In this document: one piece after another, positions 33,097 to 43,109 of the stretch
Layout of the letters: every line of letters starts with the position of its first letter
How positions within the stretch are numbered: position 1 is the first letter of the stretch
NCBI GenBank assembly: GCA_964482135.1
Contig: CAYZWF010000005.1
Span: forward strand, 4,025-68,024
DNA from: an uncultured Rhodospirillaceae bacterium
GTDB lineage: Bacteria > Pseudomonadota > Alphaproteobacteria > UBA11136
DNA: 64,000 nt
Direction of reading: 5' to 3'
Translations under genes and position numbers: made by a program
Notes under the pieces: generated by a model
Databases searched by the model: none
Told to the model about the DNA's origin: nothing
Seen by the model: only the letters and a program-made list of their open reading frames with translations

Positions 33097-33591
33097 ATGC
33101 CGCAACTAGACGTCGCCCTTTATCCGCCCCAGCTCATCTGGCTCGTCATCAGCTTCACGCTGTTGTATCTGGCCATGGCCAGGGTCGCCCTGCCGCGTAT
33201 TTCCGAGGTGCTTGAAAAGCGCCGTGACCGGATCGATGGCGATCTCGACAAGGCGAGTTCCCTGAAGAAGGAAGCCGATGAGGCTCTGGCGGCCTATGAA
33301 AAATCCATGGCCGAGGCCAAGACCCAGGCGCTTGCCGTGATCAAGGAAGTCTCCGACAAGCTGGTCGAGGACTCCGCGGCCCGTCATGCCGAACTTTCCG
33401 CCACCATAGCCGATCAGGCCGAGGCCGCCGAAGCCACCATCGCACGAGCCAAGGAAAGCGCGCTGGCGGATATCGGCGGTATCGCCGAAGACATCACCAG
33501 CCAGGCCGCGGCCAAGCTGATCGGGGCCAAGAAGGTGGATAAGAAACAGCTTCAGGACGCCGTGACGGCCGCCATGAAGGAGCATGAATGA
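33097..33591 (+). CDS. F0F1 ATP synthase subunit b'
   Basis: MPQLD...PQLIWL, LPRI...R..RI..DL. Confidence 0.9.
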   Translation: MPQLDVALYPPQLIWLVISFTLLYLAMARVALPRISEVLEKRRDRIDGDLDKASSLKKEADEALAAYEKSMAEAKTQALAVIKEVSDKLVEDSAARHAELSATIADQAEAAEATIARAKESALADIGGIAEDITSQAAAKLIGAKKVDKKQLQDAVTAAMKEHE

Positions 33592-34073
33592 TGTTGGAAT
33601 CCGCCGAATTCTGGGTCGCCATCGCCTTCATCGCCTTCGTCGCCGGCGTCTTCAAGCCGGGCCGCAAGTTCCTGCTCGACGCCCTCGACAGCAGGGCGGC
33701 GAAAATCCGGTCCGAGATTGACGAGGCCACGCGCCTGCGCGAGGAAGCCCAGGCCGCCCTTGCAGCCTATCAGCGCAAACAGCGCGAGGCCGCCGAAGAA
33801 GCCGGGGAAATGCTCGAACATGCCAGGGAGGAGGCCGACCTGTTACGTAAGCGGACCCTGAGCGAGCTTGAGGAGGCCCTGCAACGGCGCCAGAAACAGG
33901 CCCTCGACCGCATCGCCCAGGCCGAGGCCGAGGCCACTCAGGAAGTGCGCAATCATGCGGTGGATATCGCCGTCACCGCCACCGTGCGGATTCTCGAGGA
34001 AAACCTGGGGGATGAACGTGGCGACGACCTGGTCAAGGCCGCCATCGAGGAGTTGCCGAAAAAGCTGCATTAG
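33588..34073 (+). CDS. atpF: F0F1 ATP synthase subunit b
   Basis: EFWVAIAF, LDSRAAKIRSEIDEA..LREEA. Confidence 0.92.
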   Translation: MMLESAEFWVAIAFIAFVAGVFKPGRKFLLDALDSRAAKIRSEIDEATRLREEAQAALAAYQRKQREAAEEAGEMLEHAREEADLLRKRTLSELEEALQRRQKQALDRIAQAEAEATQEVRNHAVDIAVTATVRILEENLGDERGDDLVKAAIEELPKKLH

Positions 34074-34096
34074 GAAAATTCGCAGCCTGCAACGGC

Positions 34097-34126
34097 AAAA
34101 CCCCCGCCGGGAAGCGGGGGTTTTTT
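34097..34126. terminator. Bidirectional intrinsic terminator after the F0 operon
   Basis: AAAACCCCCGC-N6-GCGGGGGTTTTTT. Confidence 0.8.
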
Positions 34127-34163
34127 AGTGGCCGAAGAATTGTGGCCGGGTGGCGGGAAGCTC

Positions 34164-34421
34164 CTAAAGTTCCTTATCGGTGCCGTCGCAGTAAGGCGGC
34201 GCCTTGGTATGTTTGCAACCGCAGAAGAAAATGGTATCCGAGATTTCTGGCGTGAAAGGAACGGGCTGGAAGCCACTTCCGGAATGGGCGCCGTCGCAGA
34301 AAGGCTGTTTTTCGCTTTTCCCGCAGCTGCACCAGTAATAGGTTTTTCCGGCTTCCACCTCCACCTCGTAGGGGCCCTTTTTGACGATAATGGGCTCTTC
34401 CATTATTTCACTCATTTCCAC
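34164..34421 (-). CDS. CDGSH iron-sulfur domain protein
   Basis: WCSCGKSEKQPFCDGAH and FCGCKHTKAPPYCDGT. Confidence 0.9.
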   Translation of the reverse strand: MEMSEIMEEPIIVKKGPYEVEVEAGKTYYWCSCGKSEKQPFCDGAHSGSGFQPVPFTPEISDTIFFCGCKHTKAPPYCDGTDKEL

Positions 34422-34634
34422 CTCTTCCTTTAGCCTTTTGGCTGTATTACCTTGCGATGCTCAAACCGGGCTACCGTCACGCGGCAGCCCGATTTAGATA
34501 CTGATATAGAGACGCGGGCATGAGGGCACAAGGATAAGATTACGGATCGTGGGACGCGGCCACCTCTTTTCCGTTCCAGTGCCCGGCACGCGCCTTCCAG
34601 CCCTTCTTTTAGAGAACCTTTCCAGGGAAGTTTC

Positions 34635-35597
34635 ATGGCGGTCTATACGGAAGTTTCCGACCAAGAACTGGCCACCTTCCTGCGCGGCTATGATATCGGC
34701 CACGCGGTATCGTTCAAGGGCATCGCCGAAGGCGTGGAGAATTCCAACTATCTTCTCCGCACCGATCGGGGCAGCTTTATCCTGACCCTGTACGAAAAGC
34801 GGGTGGCACCCAAAGACCTGCCCTATTTCCTCGGCCTCATGGATCATCTTGCCGCTGAGGGCCTTGTCTGTCCCACCCCCATCCATGGCAGCGACGGCGA
34901 GGCCCTGCGCGAACTGTGCGGACGCCCCGCCGCCATCATCAGCTTTCTCGAGGGCATGTGGCCACGCCGCGTCGAGCCCCCTCACTGTGCCCTGCTGGGC
35001 GAAGCCATGGCGAACATGCATCTCGCCGGCAACAGCTTCGCCATGAAACGGGAGAACAACCTCTCGGTGGCGGGCTGGCGTCCCCTGTTCGAGGCCTGCC
35101 GCAAGCGCGCCCATGAAATCGAGGACGGTCTTGAGGAGATCATAGAGGAGGAACTGGCGCGGCTGGAGGAAAGCTGGCCCGCCGGCCTTCCCGCAGGCAT
35201 CATCCATGCCGACCTGTTTCCCGACAACGTGTTCTTTCTTGATAATAAGCTGTCGGGGCTGATTGATTTCTATTTCGCCTGTAACGATTTCCTCGCCTAT
35301 GACCTGGCCATCTGTCTCAATGCCTGGTGTTTCGAGGAAGACGGCAGTTTCAACCTTACCAAGGGGCGCCGCCTGTTGGCCGGGTATGGCGGCGTGCGGC
35401 CTTTGGAAAAGAGCGAAATCGCGGCTCTGCCCCTGCTCGCCCGCGGCGGCGCCATGCGCTTTCTCCTGACACGGCTTTACGACTGGCTGCACCACCCCGA
35501 GGGCGCCATGGTCGGCCCCAAAGACCCCCGGGAATATCTGGGCAAGCTGCGCTTTCACCAGCAGGTGAGCGACGCAGGCGCATACGGGTTGGACTAA
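34635..35597 (+). CDS. thrB: Homoserine kinase type II
   Basis: [43 protein letters not shown]. Confidence 0.95.
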   Translation: MAVYTEVSDQELATFLRGYDIGHAVSFKGIAEGVENSNYLLRTDRGSFILTLYEKRVAPKDLPYFLGLMDHLAAEGLVCPTPIHGSDGEALRELCGRPAAIISFLEGMWPRRVEPPHCALLGEAMANMHLAGNSFAMKRENNLSVAGWRPLFEACRKRAHEIEDGLEEIIEEELARLEESWPAGLPAGIIHADLFPDNVFFLDNKLSGLIDFYFACNDFLAYDLAICLNAWCFEEDGSFNLTKGRRLLAGYGGVRPLEKSEIAALPLLARGGAMRFLLTRLYDWLHHPEGAMVGPKDPREYLGKLRFHQQVSDAGAYGLD

Positions 35598-36070
35598 TGA
35601 CGAAGGCGGCGCCGTCCCAGTCCCCGGCAATGGTGGCATTATTCACCGATGGCGCCTGTTCGGGCAATCCCGGCCCCGGCGGCTGGGGCGTGCTGTTGCG
35701 CTATGGCGAGGCGGAAAAGGAACTGTGCGGTTTCGAGGCCGAAACCACCAACAACCGCATGGAACTCACCGCCGCCATACGCGGGATCGAGGCGCTCAAC
35801 CGCGATGCCCGCGTGGCCCTCTATACCGACAGCACCTATCTGCGCGACGGCATCACCAAATGGATCGGCGAATGGAAGGCCCGGGGCTGGAAGACCGCGG
35901 CCAAAAAACCGGTGAAGAATCAGGACTTATGGCAACGGCTGGAAGAGGCGCTGGGCAGCCATGAGGTGGAATGGCACTGGGTCAAGGGCCATTCCGGCCA
36001 TGACGGAAACGAGCGCGCCGACGCCCTGGCCCGCAAGGGGCTTGAACAAGGCGCCGGCGGCTGTGTTTAG
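35597..36070 (+). CDS. rnhA: Ribonuclease HI
   Basis: [49 protein letters not shown]; TAATG overlap with thrB. Confidence 0.96.
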   Translation: MTKAAPSQSPAMVALFTDGACSGNPGPGGWGVLLRYGEAEKELCGFEAETTNNRMELTAAIRGIEALNRDARVALYTDSTYLRDGITKWIGEWKARGWKTAAKKPVKNQDLWQRLEEALGSHEVEWHWVKGHSGHDGNERADALARKGLEQGAGGCV

Positions 36071-36129
36071 GGGGCTAACAAGTCCAGCCCGGAAAACCGG
36101 ACCGATAAATCCGGGCTGGGGAAAGCGGC

Positions 36130-36609
36130 CTAAAGCTGTTCCAGCAGGGCTTCGGCGGAGCTGACCTCGAAGTCGGGGCCGCCCTCGTTATTGAGCACCG
36201 TCACCGTGCCGTCATCGACGATCATGGAATAGCGGTTGGAGCGCACGCCGAGACCGGCCACGCCGAGATCCAGTTCCATGCCCACGGCCTTGGTGAAGTC
36301 GCCGGGATCGGCATAGAGCGCAACCTTGTCGCCCACGTTCTGGGCTTCGCCCCAGGCCGCCATGACAAAGGGATCGTTAACGGAAACACAAACGATGCTG
36401 TCCACGCCCTTGGCCTTGAGGGCGTCGGCGTTGTTGACGAAGCCGGGCAGATGGGCCGCCGAACAGGTGGGAGTGAAGGCCCCCGGAACCACGAAGAAGG
36501 CCACTTTCTTGCCGCCGAAAATGTCATCGGTGGAAATCTGGGCAGGCCCGTCTTCCGTCATGTGAAACAGATTGGCTGAAGGTATCTTGTCGCCGACATT
36601 GATGCTCAT
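36130..36609 (-). CDS. Peroxiredoxin (Prx5-like)
   Basis: [30 protein letters not shown]. Confidence 0.93.
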   Translation of the reverse strand: MSINVGDKIPSANLFHMTEDGPAQISTDDIFGGKKVAFFVVPGAFTPTCSAAHLPGFVNNADALKAKGVDSIVCVSVNDPFVMAAWGEAQNVGDKVALYADPGDFTKAVGMELDLGVAGLGVRSNRYSMIVDDGTVTVLNNEGGPDFEVSSAEALLEQL

Positions 36610-36725
36610 GTTCTTCCCCTATGGGTAAAATTTTGAAAAAAATAGCACGGGAACAGGCCCCTGCGGAGCGCGAACATAATCATTCTAATGCAAAAATGCA
36701 ACGGCCCCCGGCGGTTTTTCATCCC

Positions 36726-39053
36726 CTAGTCAGGCGTCGAAGAAGCACCGCCACCGGCCCGGCTCACGGCGTCCACCACCCGCGCCGGAGTGAGCAGTTC
36801 CGGCAGCACCATGCCCTGGGGCGCGGCGGGACCGTAGACCACGTTGAAGGGGATACCGAAACGCCCGAAACCCGCGAGATAGGCGGCGATATCATCGTCG
36901 CGGCGGGTCCAGTCGGCGCGCATGGCGATGACGCCGCCCTGATTGGATGAGTCGGATGGATCGGATGGAGCGCCCAGCAATTGGGTCACCTCGCCGCGAT
37001 CGAGGGCCAGCTTTTTATTGACCTGGCAGGTGAGGCACCATTCGGCGGTCACGTCCACCAGCACCACCCGCCCCGAGGCCACCAAGGCGGGGATGGCGGC
37101 GGGGTCGAAGGGCTGCCAGAGATGGTCGGACTGTGATGGCGGCGGCGGCGGGGCTACCGTATTCTCGAAGCGGCCCGGCGCAATCAGCACCATCAGAATC
37201 AGGAGTCCCGCCGCCACGCGCAGGAAAGGACGCGGCAGGATGGTCCGGGGCTTGTCTCCGGCAAGGCCCCACAGCACCACCCCCAGCGCCAGCAGCAGGA
37301 CCGACACCAGGGCGGCGGCATCCACCGAGACCTGCGCCGCCAGAACCGAAACCAGCCACAAGGCGGTGAGCGCCAGCGCCAGGCCCAGCAAGCGGCGCAG
37401 GGTCACCATCCACGGCCCCGGATGGGGCAGCCGCACGGCCAGTTGCGGCGCCGCTACCATGGTCAGATAGGGGGCGGCGAACCCCAGGCCCAGCGCCGCA
37501 AAGACGGCATAGGTCTCGAATGCGCCACGGGCCAGGGCGAAGCCGATGGCGGTGCCGAGAAAGGGCGCCGAACAGGGCGTCGCCAGCAGGGTGGCGAAGG
37601 CCCCGGTGAGGAACTGTCCCTCGATGCTGTGGGGCCGGGTCTGGGAATGGCCGCTGTGGCGCAGGGCGAGGTCGCCCATCCAGCCGGGCAGGGGAATTTC
37701 GAAGAAGCCCCACAGATTGCAGGCGAACAGGGTCAGCACCACTGCCATGGCGGCGAGAAAGACCGGCTGTTGGAACTGGATGCCCCAACCCACGCTGAGC
37801 CCCGCCATGCGCAGCCCCACCGCCAGCGAGGCCAGCACCATGAAGGTGAAGAGAATCCCCGCCGAGGTGGCGAGGAAGCTGCGCCGCACGGCCCCGGTCT
37901 CGCCGCCGCCGTGACCGATGACGCCGAGCAGTTTCAGGGACAGCACCGGCAGCACGCAGGGCATGAGGTTGAGGATGAGCCCGCCCAAGAGGGCGATGGC
38001 GAGAATGCCGGCAAATCCGCCAAGCCCGTTGGTCTCGGTCCCCGCCGTCACGGTGAGCCGCGCTTCCAGCGCCCGCGCCGGGGGAGCTTCGGCAGCGCTT
38101 TCAATATCACTTTCAACGATAGTCACGGTGAGGGGCAACCCCACGAGGGAGGCGGTTTTGCCGTCGTCTTGCGGCGATGCCGGACCCATCCCCGCCGCCA
38201 TGGTCAACACCGCCACCCGGCCCCCGGCCAGGGAGCGCAGTTTCGGCGCCCCGGCCCAGAATCCCGGCGGGCCTTCCACGAAGGTGTCGAGAGCGCCGAA
38301 GGGAGTCCCCGAACGGGCGGTAATGCGGAGCCGGGTCTTGTCTCCCGCGCCCAGCGCCTCCACCCGCTCCACGGCCAGTTCGCCGCCCTCATGGGGGCCC
38401 GGCACCAGCGCGCGGTAGCGGTCGATGAGGGTGGCGAAGGGAGTGGGCGTAGCGTCCCCCGACGGCAGGTCCAAGGCCAGATCGGCGCGGCGCGGAATGC
38501 ATATCTCCTTGCAGGTGAGGTAATCCACCCGGGCGTTGAGGGAGAGCCCCCGGCCCGGCTTTTCGAGCCGCGCCGTCACCGGCAGCACCACCGCCTTCTC
38601 ATAGCCCACGGTCTCCAGCCCATAGGCCGAATAGCGGCGCGGCGCCGGCCAGAAGAGTTCAGCCGCCGCCAGATTGGCCGAGCCCGACCAGTCCACCTGG
38701 GGCGGCAGCCCGGCATCGCCCGGCGAGCGCCAATAGGTTTTCCAGCCCGGTTCCATGCGGAATTCCAGCCCTAAGGAAATGCTGTCTTCTTCTCCGGTGG
38801 CGGTCATGGCGGCGATGAGACGCACCTTGCTCTCCTCTACCTCGGACCAGGGTGAGGCGGCCTGAGAGCTTTGTGAACCTTGGGCAGCGGCGGCGGGCGA
38901 CGCGCCTGAGAGAGCGAGGAAAGCGGCCATGAAAAAGGCCACGAAAGCGGGGCCTAGCGAGGAAAAAAACAATCGGGACATGAAACATGGGGCGACTCGT
39001 CGCCACTCCTTATGAAGTCTTAAACTTTGCATTGCTATACTACAGCCCGTCAC
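36726..39053 (-). CDS. DsbD/ScsB-like protein-disulfide reductase; start uncertain
   Basis: WKTYWRSPGDAG, CKEIC, LNLMPCVLPVL, LATPCSAPFLG, TAEWCLTC. Confidence 0.9.
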   Translation of the reverse strand: MTGCSIAMQSLRLHKEWRRVAPCFMSRLFFSSLGPAFVAFFMAAFLALSGASPAAAAQGSQSSQAASPWSEVEESKVRLIAAMTATGEEDSISLGLEFRMEPGWKTYWRSPGDAGLPPQVDWSGSANLAAAELFWPAPRRYSAYGLETVGYEKAVVLPVTARLEKPGRGLSLNARVDYLTCKEICIPRRADLALDLPSGDATPTPFATLIDRYRALVPGPHEGGELAVERVEALGAGDKTRLRITARSGTPFGALDTFVEGPPGFWAGAPKLRSLAGGRVAVLTMAAGMGPASPQDDGKTASLVGLPLTVTIVESDIESAAEAPPARALEARLTVTAGTETNGLGGFAGILAIALLGGLILNLMPCVLPVLSLKLLGVIGHGGGETGAVRRSFLATSAGILFTFMVLASLAVGLRMAGLSVGWGIQFQQPVFLAAMAVVLTLFACNLWGFFEIPLPGWMGDLALRHSGHSQTRPHSIEGQFLTGAFATLLATPCSAPFLGTAIGFALARGAFETYAVFAALGLGFAAPYLTMVAAPQLAVRLPHPGPWMVTLRRLLGLALALTALWLVSVLAAQVSVDAAALVSVLLLALGVVLWGLAGDKPRTILPRPFLRVAAGLLILMVLIAPGRFENTVAPPPPPSQSDHLWQPFDPAAIPALVASGRVVLVDVTAEWCLTCQVNKKLALDRGEVTQLLGAPSDPSDSSNQGGVIAMRADWTRRDDDIAAYLAGFGRFGIPFNVVYGPAAPQGMVLPELLTPARVVDAVSRAGGGASSTPD

Positions 39054-39202
39054 AGCTTCACAGAAGGTTTCACAAGCTCACAGCCTTTCACTTTTAAGTG
39101 TTGCATGACCGGGACCACTTGCCCCGCGGCGCCTCATGCTGGTACCATGGATATGCTGCGAGATAACGCCCCGCCATTCTTAGGATTGGAAATTATTCAA
39201 AG

Positions 39203-39784
39203 ATGGGCCGTTCCATAAAAGAGGATATGCCTTCCTATCTCGATGGGGATCTTCTCATCGCCATGCCGCAGATGCGCGACCCCCGCTTTTCCCAGTCCGT
39301 CATCTATATGGTGGCCCATTCCGACGACGGCGCCATGGGGATCGTTCTCAACCAGATGATTGATTCCATCACCTTTCCCGACCTCTTGAAACAGCTCGGC
39401 ATCGCGCTTGAGCGCGAGGAACAGATCATCGGCATCCATTGTGGCGGCCCAGTGGAAAGCGGCCGCGGCTTCGTGCTTCATTCCCCCGACTATCATCAGG
39501 AAGGCACCCTGGAACTTAATTCGGAAATCTGCCTCACTGCCACGGTGGAAATCCTGCGCGCCATCGCCGCCGGACAAGGCCCCCGCCAATGCATGCTGGC
39601 GCTGGGCTATGCGGGATGGGGGCCGGGCCAGCTCGAATCGGAAATCCAGTCCAATGGCTGGCTCCACGCGCCCGCCGACAGCAAGCTGGTGTTCGACGAC
39701 GACCTCTCCAATTTATGGGAGCGGGCAGTGGCCAGCCTGGGCATCGATCCGTCCATGCTTTCCGACGACGCCGGCCACGCCTGA
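39203..39784 (+). CDS. YqgE/AlgH family protein
   Basis: [45 protein letters not shown]. Confidence 0.92.
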   Translation: MGRSIKEDMPSYLDGDLLIAMPQMRDPRFSQSVIYMVAHSDDGAMGIVLNQMIDSITFPDLLKQLGIALEREEQIIGIHCGGPVESGRGFVLHSPDYHQEGTLELNSEICLTATVEILRAIAAGQGPRQCMLALGYAGWGPGQLESEIQSNGWLHAPADSKLVFDDDLSNLWERAVASLGIDPSMLSDDAGHA

Positions 39785-40129
39785 GACTGGTTTGCCCCGC
39801 CTGAGGCTGGGCCACGCCCGAGGGGTATTCGCAGCCCATTTGAAGGGTGTTCCCACCCCGCTCATTTCAATCTAAGTTATTGAATTAAAACGAATCTGCC
39901 GCCGGAAGGCGTGAAAATGTTAACATTTGTCATCATTTGTTAACATGCCGCGCCAAGGACGGGCGCGCAGCCCAGGCCAGGTGCGGCTTACGCGGAATTG
40001 TGCGGCGTGGAAATTCACCGTTCCAATGTTAACATGTGAGAGGGATATGGGTTGGCAATGGCGCGGCGCACTGCGCCCCTACACATCAAGTTCCACGCCG
40101 GAGAGGCCGTAAAGACATCGTTTTAAAAC

Positions 40130-40438
40130 TTAGGCCTCAACAAGTGCGTCCAAAACCTCTTTGGGTTTTCTTTCCAGGGCGGTTATGAGCACCCGAGCCG
40201 TCCGGTTTGGTTTTCTGCGCTGTTTCTTGCGCTCCCAGGATTGAAGTGTCGAAAGTTTGAAGCCAAACATATCCGCGAATTGTTTCTGTGAGAGCGCAAG
40301 GTTTTCCCTGACGGATTTTACGTCAACGTCTTCCGGAACTTTCAGGGCACGGATATGGACCCGTGAGTCATCTCCATCCAGGTAGGCGGCAATATCGGCG
40401 CGAGCCTCTTTGATTGATTGACGTAATGTACCGGTCAT
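40130..40438 (-). CDS. XRE-family HTH antitoxin (HigA2/YiaG-like)
   Basis: MTGTLRQSIKEA...VDVKSVRENLALSQKQFA..FG..LSTLQSWER; ATGA overlap with toxin stop. Confidence 0.8.
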   Translation of the reverse strand: MTGTLRQSIKEARADIAAYLDGDDSRVHIRALKVPEDVDVKSVRENLALSQKQFADMFGFKLSTLQSWERKKQRRKPNRTARVLITALERKPKEVLDALVEA

Positions 40439-40773
40439 TTGGCCCTCCGTTTCTTGCTGTCCTTGATCAACTTGGTGATTTTCTTCAGTTCCGCCTTCTC
40501 GTTCTCCGTTAAATCCGTTTTTCGATTTTTTGGATAACAAGCCAGGAAAAAAACCTCGCTATCACCGGAATGGAAATAATAAATCAGCCTTGACCGGCCC
40601 CCGGTTCCGAACTGCCGTATCTTTCTGGCGCCGCCGGTTTTAGGGACAACGCCGCCCAACTCCGGATTAAGCGCCAGTTTCGTCTGAACGGCCTCCATAT
40701 GCCGCGCCGTGAACACCCCGCGCATTGCTTTTTTGAAAGCCTTCGGAGTGATGAATATTATTTTACGTCACAT
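40435..40773 (-). pseudogene. RelE/HigB2-like toxin with in-frame TGA at codon 2 (intact ORF only from ATG 40725)
   Basis: ATG TGA CGT AAA ATA ATA TTC ATC ACT CCG AAG GCT TTC in frame with NPELGGVVPKTGGARKIR...RLIYYF...FFLACYPKNRKTDLT. Confidence 0.65.
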
Positions 40774-40790
40774 AGTATGAACTATATGAC
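40767..40790. promoter_or_regulatory. Inverted-repeat operator at the TA promoter
   Basis: GTCACATAGT-N4-ACTATATGAC (9/10 pairing); TATAGT lies 7 nt before ATG 40773 on minus strand. Confidence 0.6.
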
Positions 40791-41031
40791 AATGTCATAC
40801 AATCCCCCAAAAAAAACGAGGCCCATAAGATGGTTACGAGTCATATAGGGCCCAGGAATCCGCAGATTTAGGTATTCCCCCCCGGAAGCGGGCGCACTGC
40901 GCCCCTTGATTAAGGAGTATATTCCTATATTGGCGGAGGAATGTCAAGGAGAACATGGCGGGGGGACGGATCAACCGGGGAGAAGTTTCATGCCGGCGGT
41001 GCCTGTGACATCCGCGCAAGGGATGAAACGG

Positions 41032-41436
41032 CTATTTCCTGTCCCAGCCACTCCAATTCATACTCTTGGGCTTTATTACAGAGCTGGCGTTGATTTCGTT
41101 GAGCGTTTCCGACAGGTGCAGGAGAACCTTCAGCATTACCGGGTCCATCTTGTCCAGCCGCGCCTTGAAAGCTTTCTTGGAAATAGTTACCAGGGAGCAC
41201 TTCTCCGTTGTAACCGCCCCTGCATTGCGGGGAACATCATTGATCAGAGCCAATTCACCGAAGATGCTGCCCTTGCGCAGAGTCGCAATGGTTCGCGGGT
41301 TTTCAGTTCGCGTACCCTTGCGAATTTCCACGCTTCCTTCGCTGATCATATAGGCCGCATCGGGCATATCCCCTTCGTCGAAGACCATCTTGTTGGCCTC
41401 GAGGGTGATTTTCTTGAATGCTTCCGAATGCGGCAA
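41032..41436 (-). CDS. Stand-alone cyclic-nucleotide-binding domain protein
   Basis: VFDEGD..D.AYMISEGSVEI, GSIFGELALI..PRNA. Confidence 0.85.
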   Translation of the reverse strand: MPHSEAFKKITLEANKMVFDEGDMPDAAYMISEGSVEIRKGTRTENPRTIATLRKGSIFGELALINDVPRNAGAVTTEKCSLVTISKKAFKARLDKMDPVMLKVLLHLSETLNEINASSVIKPKSMNWSGWDRK

Positions 41437-41600
41437 CGGTACCCCCCAGTCGTCTTCGTATTAGAGGGGCATAATTCTTAATAATCACTTACCAGAATCA
41501 GCCGAAGACCGCGGCGCCAGTTGCCGCAACCGCGGGGGTTTTTGCGTTCCGATGAATGTCTGCCTTGGGTCAGGGTTCGTTAAGGACGGCGCAGCAGCGG

Positions 41601-41694
41601 CTAGCCGTCGCCGTCGCCCGCCGTATCCGCCTTGTCCAAATCCTCACGCAGCATGGCGAAGGTGTAATGGTCGCACCAGCGGCCGTCGATGCGC
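41601..41694 (-). pseudogene. Displaced copy of the 3' end of the RimJ-like GNAT gene
   Basis: Encodes RIDGRWCDHYTFAMLREDLDKADTAGDGDG*; 41635-41694 matches 42445-42504 at 55/60 nt. Confidence 0.85.
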
Positions 41695-41753
41695 GGATTC
41701 CGGACATGTCTCTCGGATGTGGCCCCCCGGGAGACATCAGATACATTTAATGC

Positions 41754-41782
41754 TTGCCATATTATAGATAACATAATATGTT
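41754..41782 (+). promoter_or_regulatory. higBA promoter/operator
   Basis: TTGCCA-N17-TATGTT overlapped by perfect IR CATATTAT-N7-ATAATATG (41758-41780); ATG 41789 would be leaderless. Confidence 0.65.
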
Positions 41783-41788
41783 GTGCTT

Positions 41789-42064
41789 ATGATAAAGTCC
41801 TTCGCCACGGGCCGCACCGAAAGGCTTTTTTCAACGGGGAAGCCCATTAAGGGCGTGGATACCGACATTGCTCTGAAGCGGCTGGACGCGCTGCGCGCCG
41901 CCAAAAGTCTACAAGACATATCGCCGCTGAAAAGCGTCGGACTGCATAAGCTGGGCGGGGACCGCAAGGGTCAATGGGCCATGAACGTCAACGGACCATG
42001 GAGGGTTTGTTTCCGGTTTCGCGCCGGCGACGCCTATGACGTGGAAATTACCGATTATCACTAA
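41789..42064 (+). CDS. higB: HigB toxin (RelE/ParE superfamily)
   Basis: MIKSF, LHKLGGDRKGQWAMNVNGPWRVCFRF, VEITDYH. Confidence 0.92.
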   Translation: MIKSFATGRTERLFSTGKPIKGVDTDIALKRLDALRAAKSLQDISPLKSVGLHKLGGDRKGQWAMNVNGPWRVCFRFRAGDAYDVEITDYH

Positions 42065-42099
42065 GCTCCAACTATCGGCAGGCCAAGGAGGGCCGTCAC

Positions 42100-42390
42100 A
42101 TGACACGAATTAAAACACATCCCGGAAGCATTCTGCGGGAGGAACTGGAGGCGCGGAATCTTTCCGCGAACGCCCTGGCCCGCGCATTGCGCGTTCCACC
42201 AAATAGAATAACGGAGATACTCAACCAGGATCGCGGCATTTCACCGGATACCGCCCTACGTTTTTCGAGATATTTTGAAACCAGCGCCGAATTCTGGATG
42301 AATCTGCAAACCGCCCATGATTTGTCCGTTACCGAACAGGAGCATGGAGAAAAAATAGCCGCCGACGTAGCCGGTGCGACGGCGGCCTAG
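42100..42390 (+). CDS. higA: HigA antitoxin
   Basis: HPGSILREEL, LARAL.VPPNRITEI, ISPDTALRFSRYF.TSAEFWMNLQ. Confidence 0.93.
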   Translation: MTRIKTHPGSILREELEARNLSANALARALRVPPNRITEILNQDRGISPDTALRFSRYFETSAEFWMNLQTAHDLSVTEQEHGEKIAADVAGATAA

Positions 42391-43067
42391 TCGCCCTCGC
42401 TGTCGTCCTCCCCGTCCCCGCCGTCCGCCGCGTCCGCAGACCCTTCCAAATCCTCGCGCAGCACGGCGAAGGTGTAGTGGTCGCGCCAGCGGCCGTCGAT
42501 ACGCAGATATTTGAGGGCCAGACCTTCACGCCGGAACCCGGTTTTTTCCAAAACCCGGCGCGAGGCGTCATTGTCGGTGACGCAGGCGGCTTCGATGCGG
42601 TGCAGGTTGAGATGGTCGAAGCCATAGCGCAACACCGCCTGCATGGCCTCGGTCATATGCCCCTGCCCGGCATGGGGCTGGCCGATCCAGTAGCCCAGGC
42701 TCGCCGTCTGGACGATGCCGCGGCGCAGGTTGTTGAAGGTGATGCCGCCGAGAAGACTATCGTTTTCGGCGTGGAAGATGAAGAAGGCGTAGCTGCGGTC
42801 ATCGTTCCAGTCACGGCCCCAACCACGCAAGCGGCGGCGGAAGGCGGTACGCGAGAGGGCATCGCGGCTCCAGCTGGGCTCCCAGGGTTTCAGGAATTTG
42901 CGTGAGCAGGAACGCAGGGACGACCATTCCCGCCAGTCGCCATCCACCGGCGGGCGCAGCACCACCTGGCCATAAGCGAGACGCACCGGCGGCATAGCGC
43001 CGATCCTGGGTTGCAGGAAGCGGACGATGGAAAAAGGCTTACGGCTGGCGGTTTTTGGCTTGGCCAT
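42387..43067 (-). CDS. RimJ/RimL-family GNAT N-acetyltransferase
   Basis: FLKPWEP, LGYWIG..HAGQGHMTEA, LHRIEAAC..N.ASRRVLEKTGFRREG. Confidence 0.9.
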   Translation of the reverse strand: MAKPKTASRKPFSIVRFLQPRIGAMPPVRLAYGQVVLRPPVDGDWREWSSLRSCSRKFLKPWEPSWSRDALSRTAFRRRLRGWGRDWNDDRSYAFFIFHAENDSLLGGITFNNLRRGIVQTASLGYWIGQPHAGQGHMTEAMQAVLRYGFDHLNLHRIEAACVTDNDASRRVLEKTGFRREGLALKYLRIDGRWRDHYTFAVLREDLEGSADAADGGDGEDDSEGD

Positions 43068-43109
43068 ACCCCCCCCTGATGGCCCGCACCAAAGCGGCGG
43101 GCCGCGCGC

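Noticed and set aside
31461-34073. F0 operon without F1 genes as an anomaly
   Set aside because: Split atp operons are normal in Alphaproteobacteria
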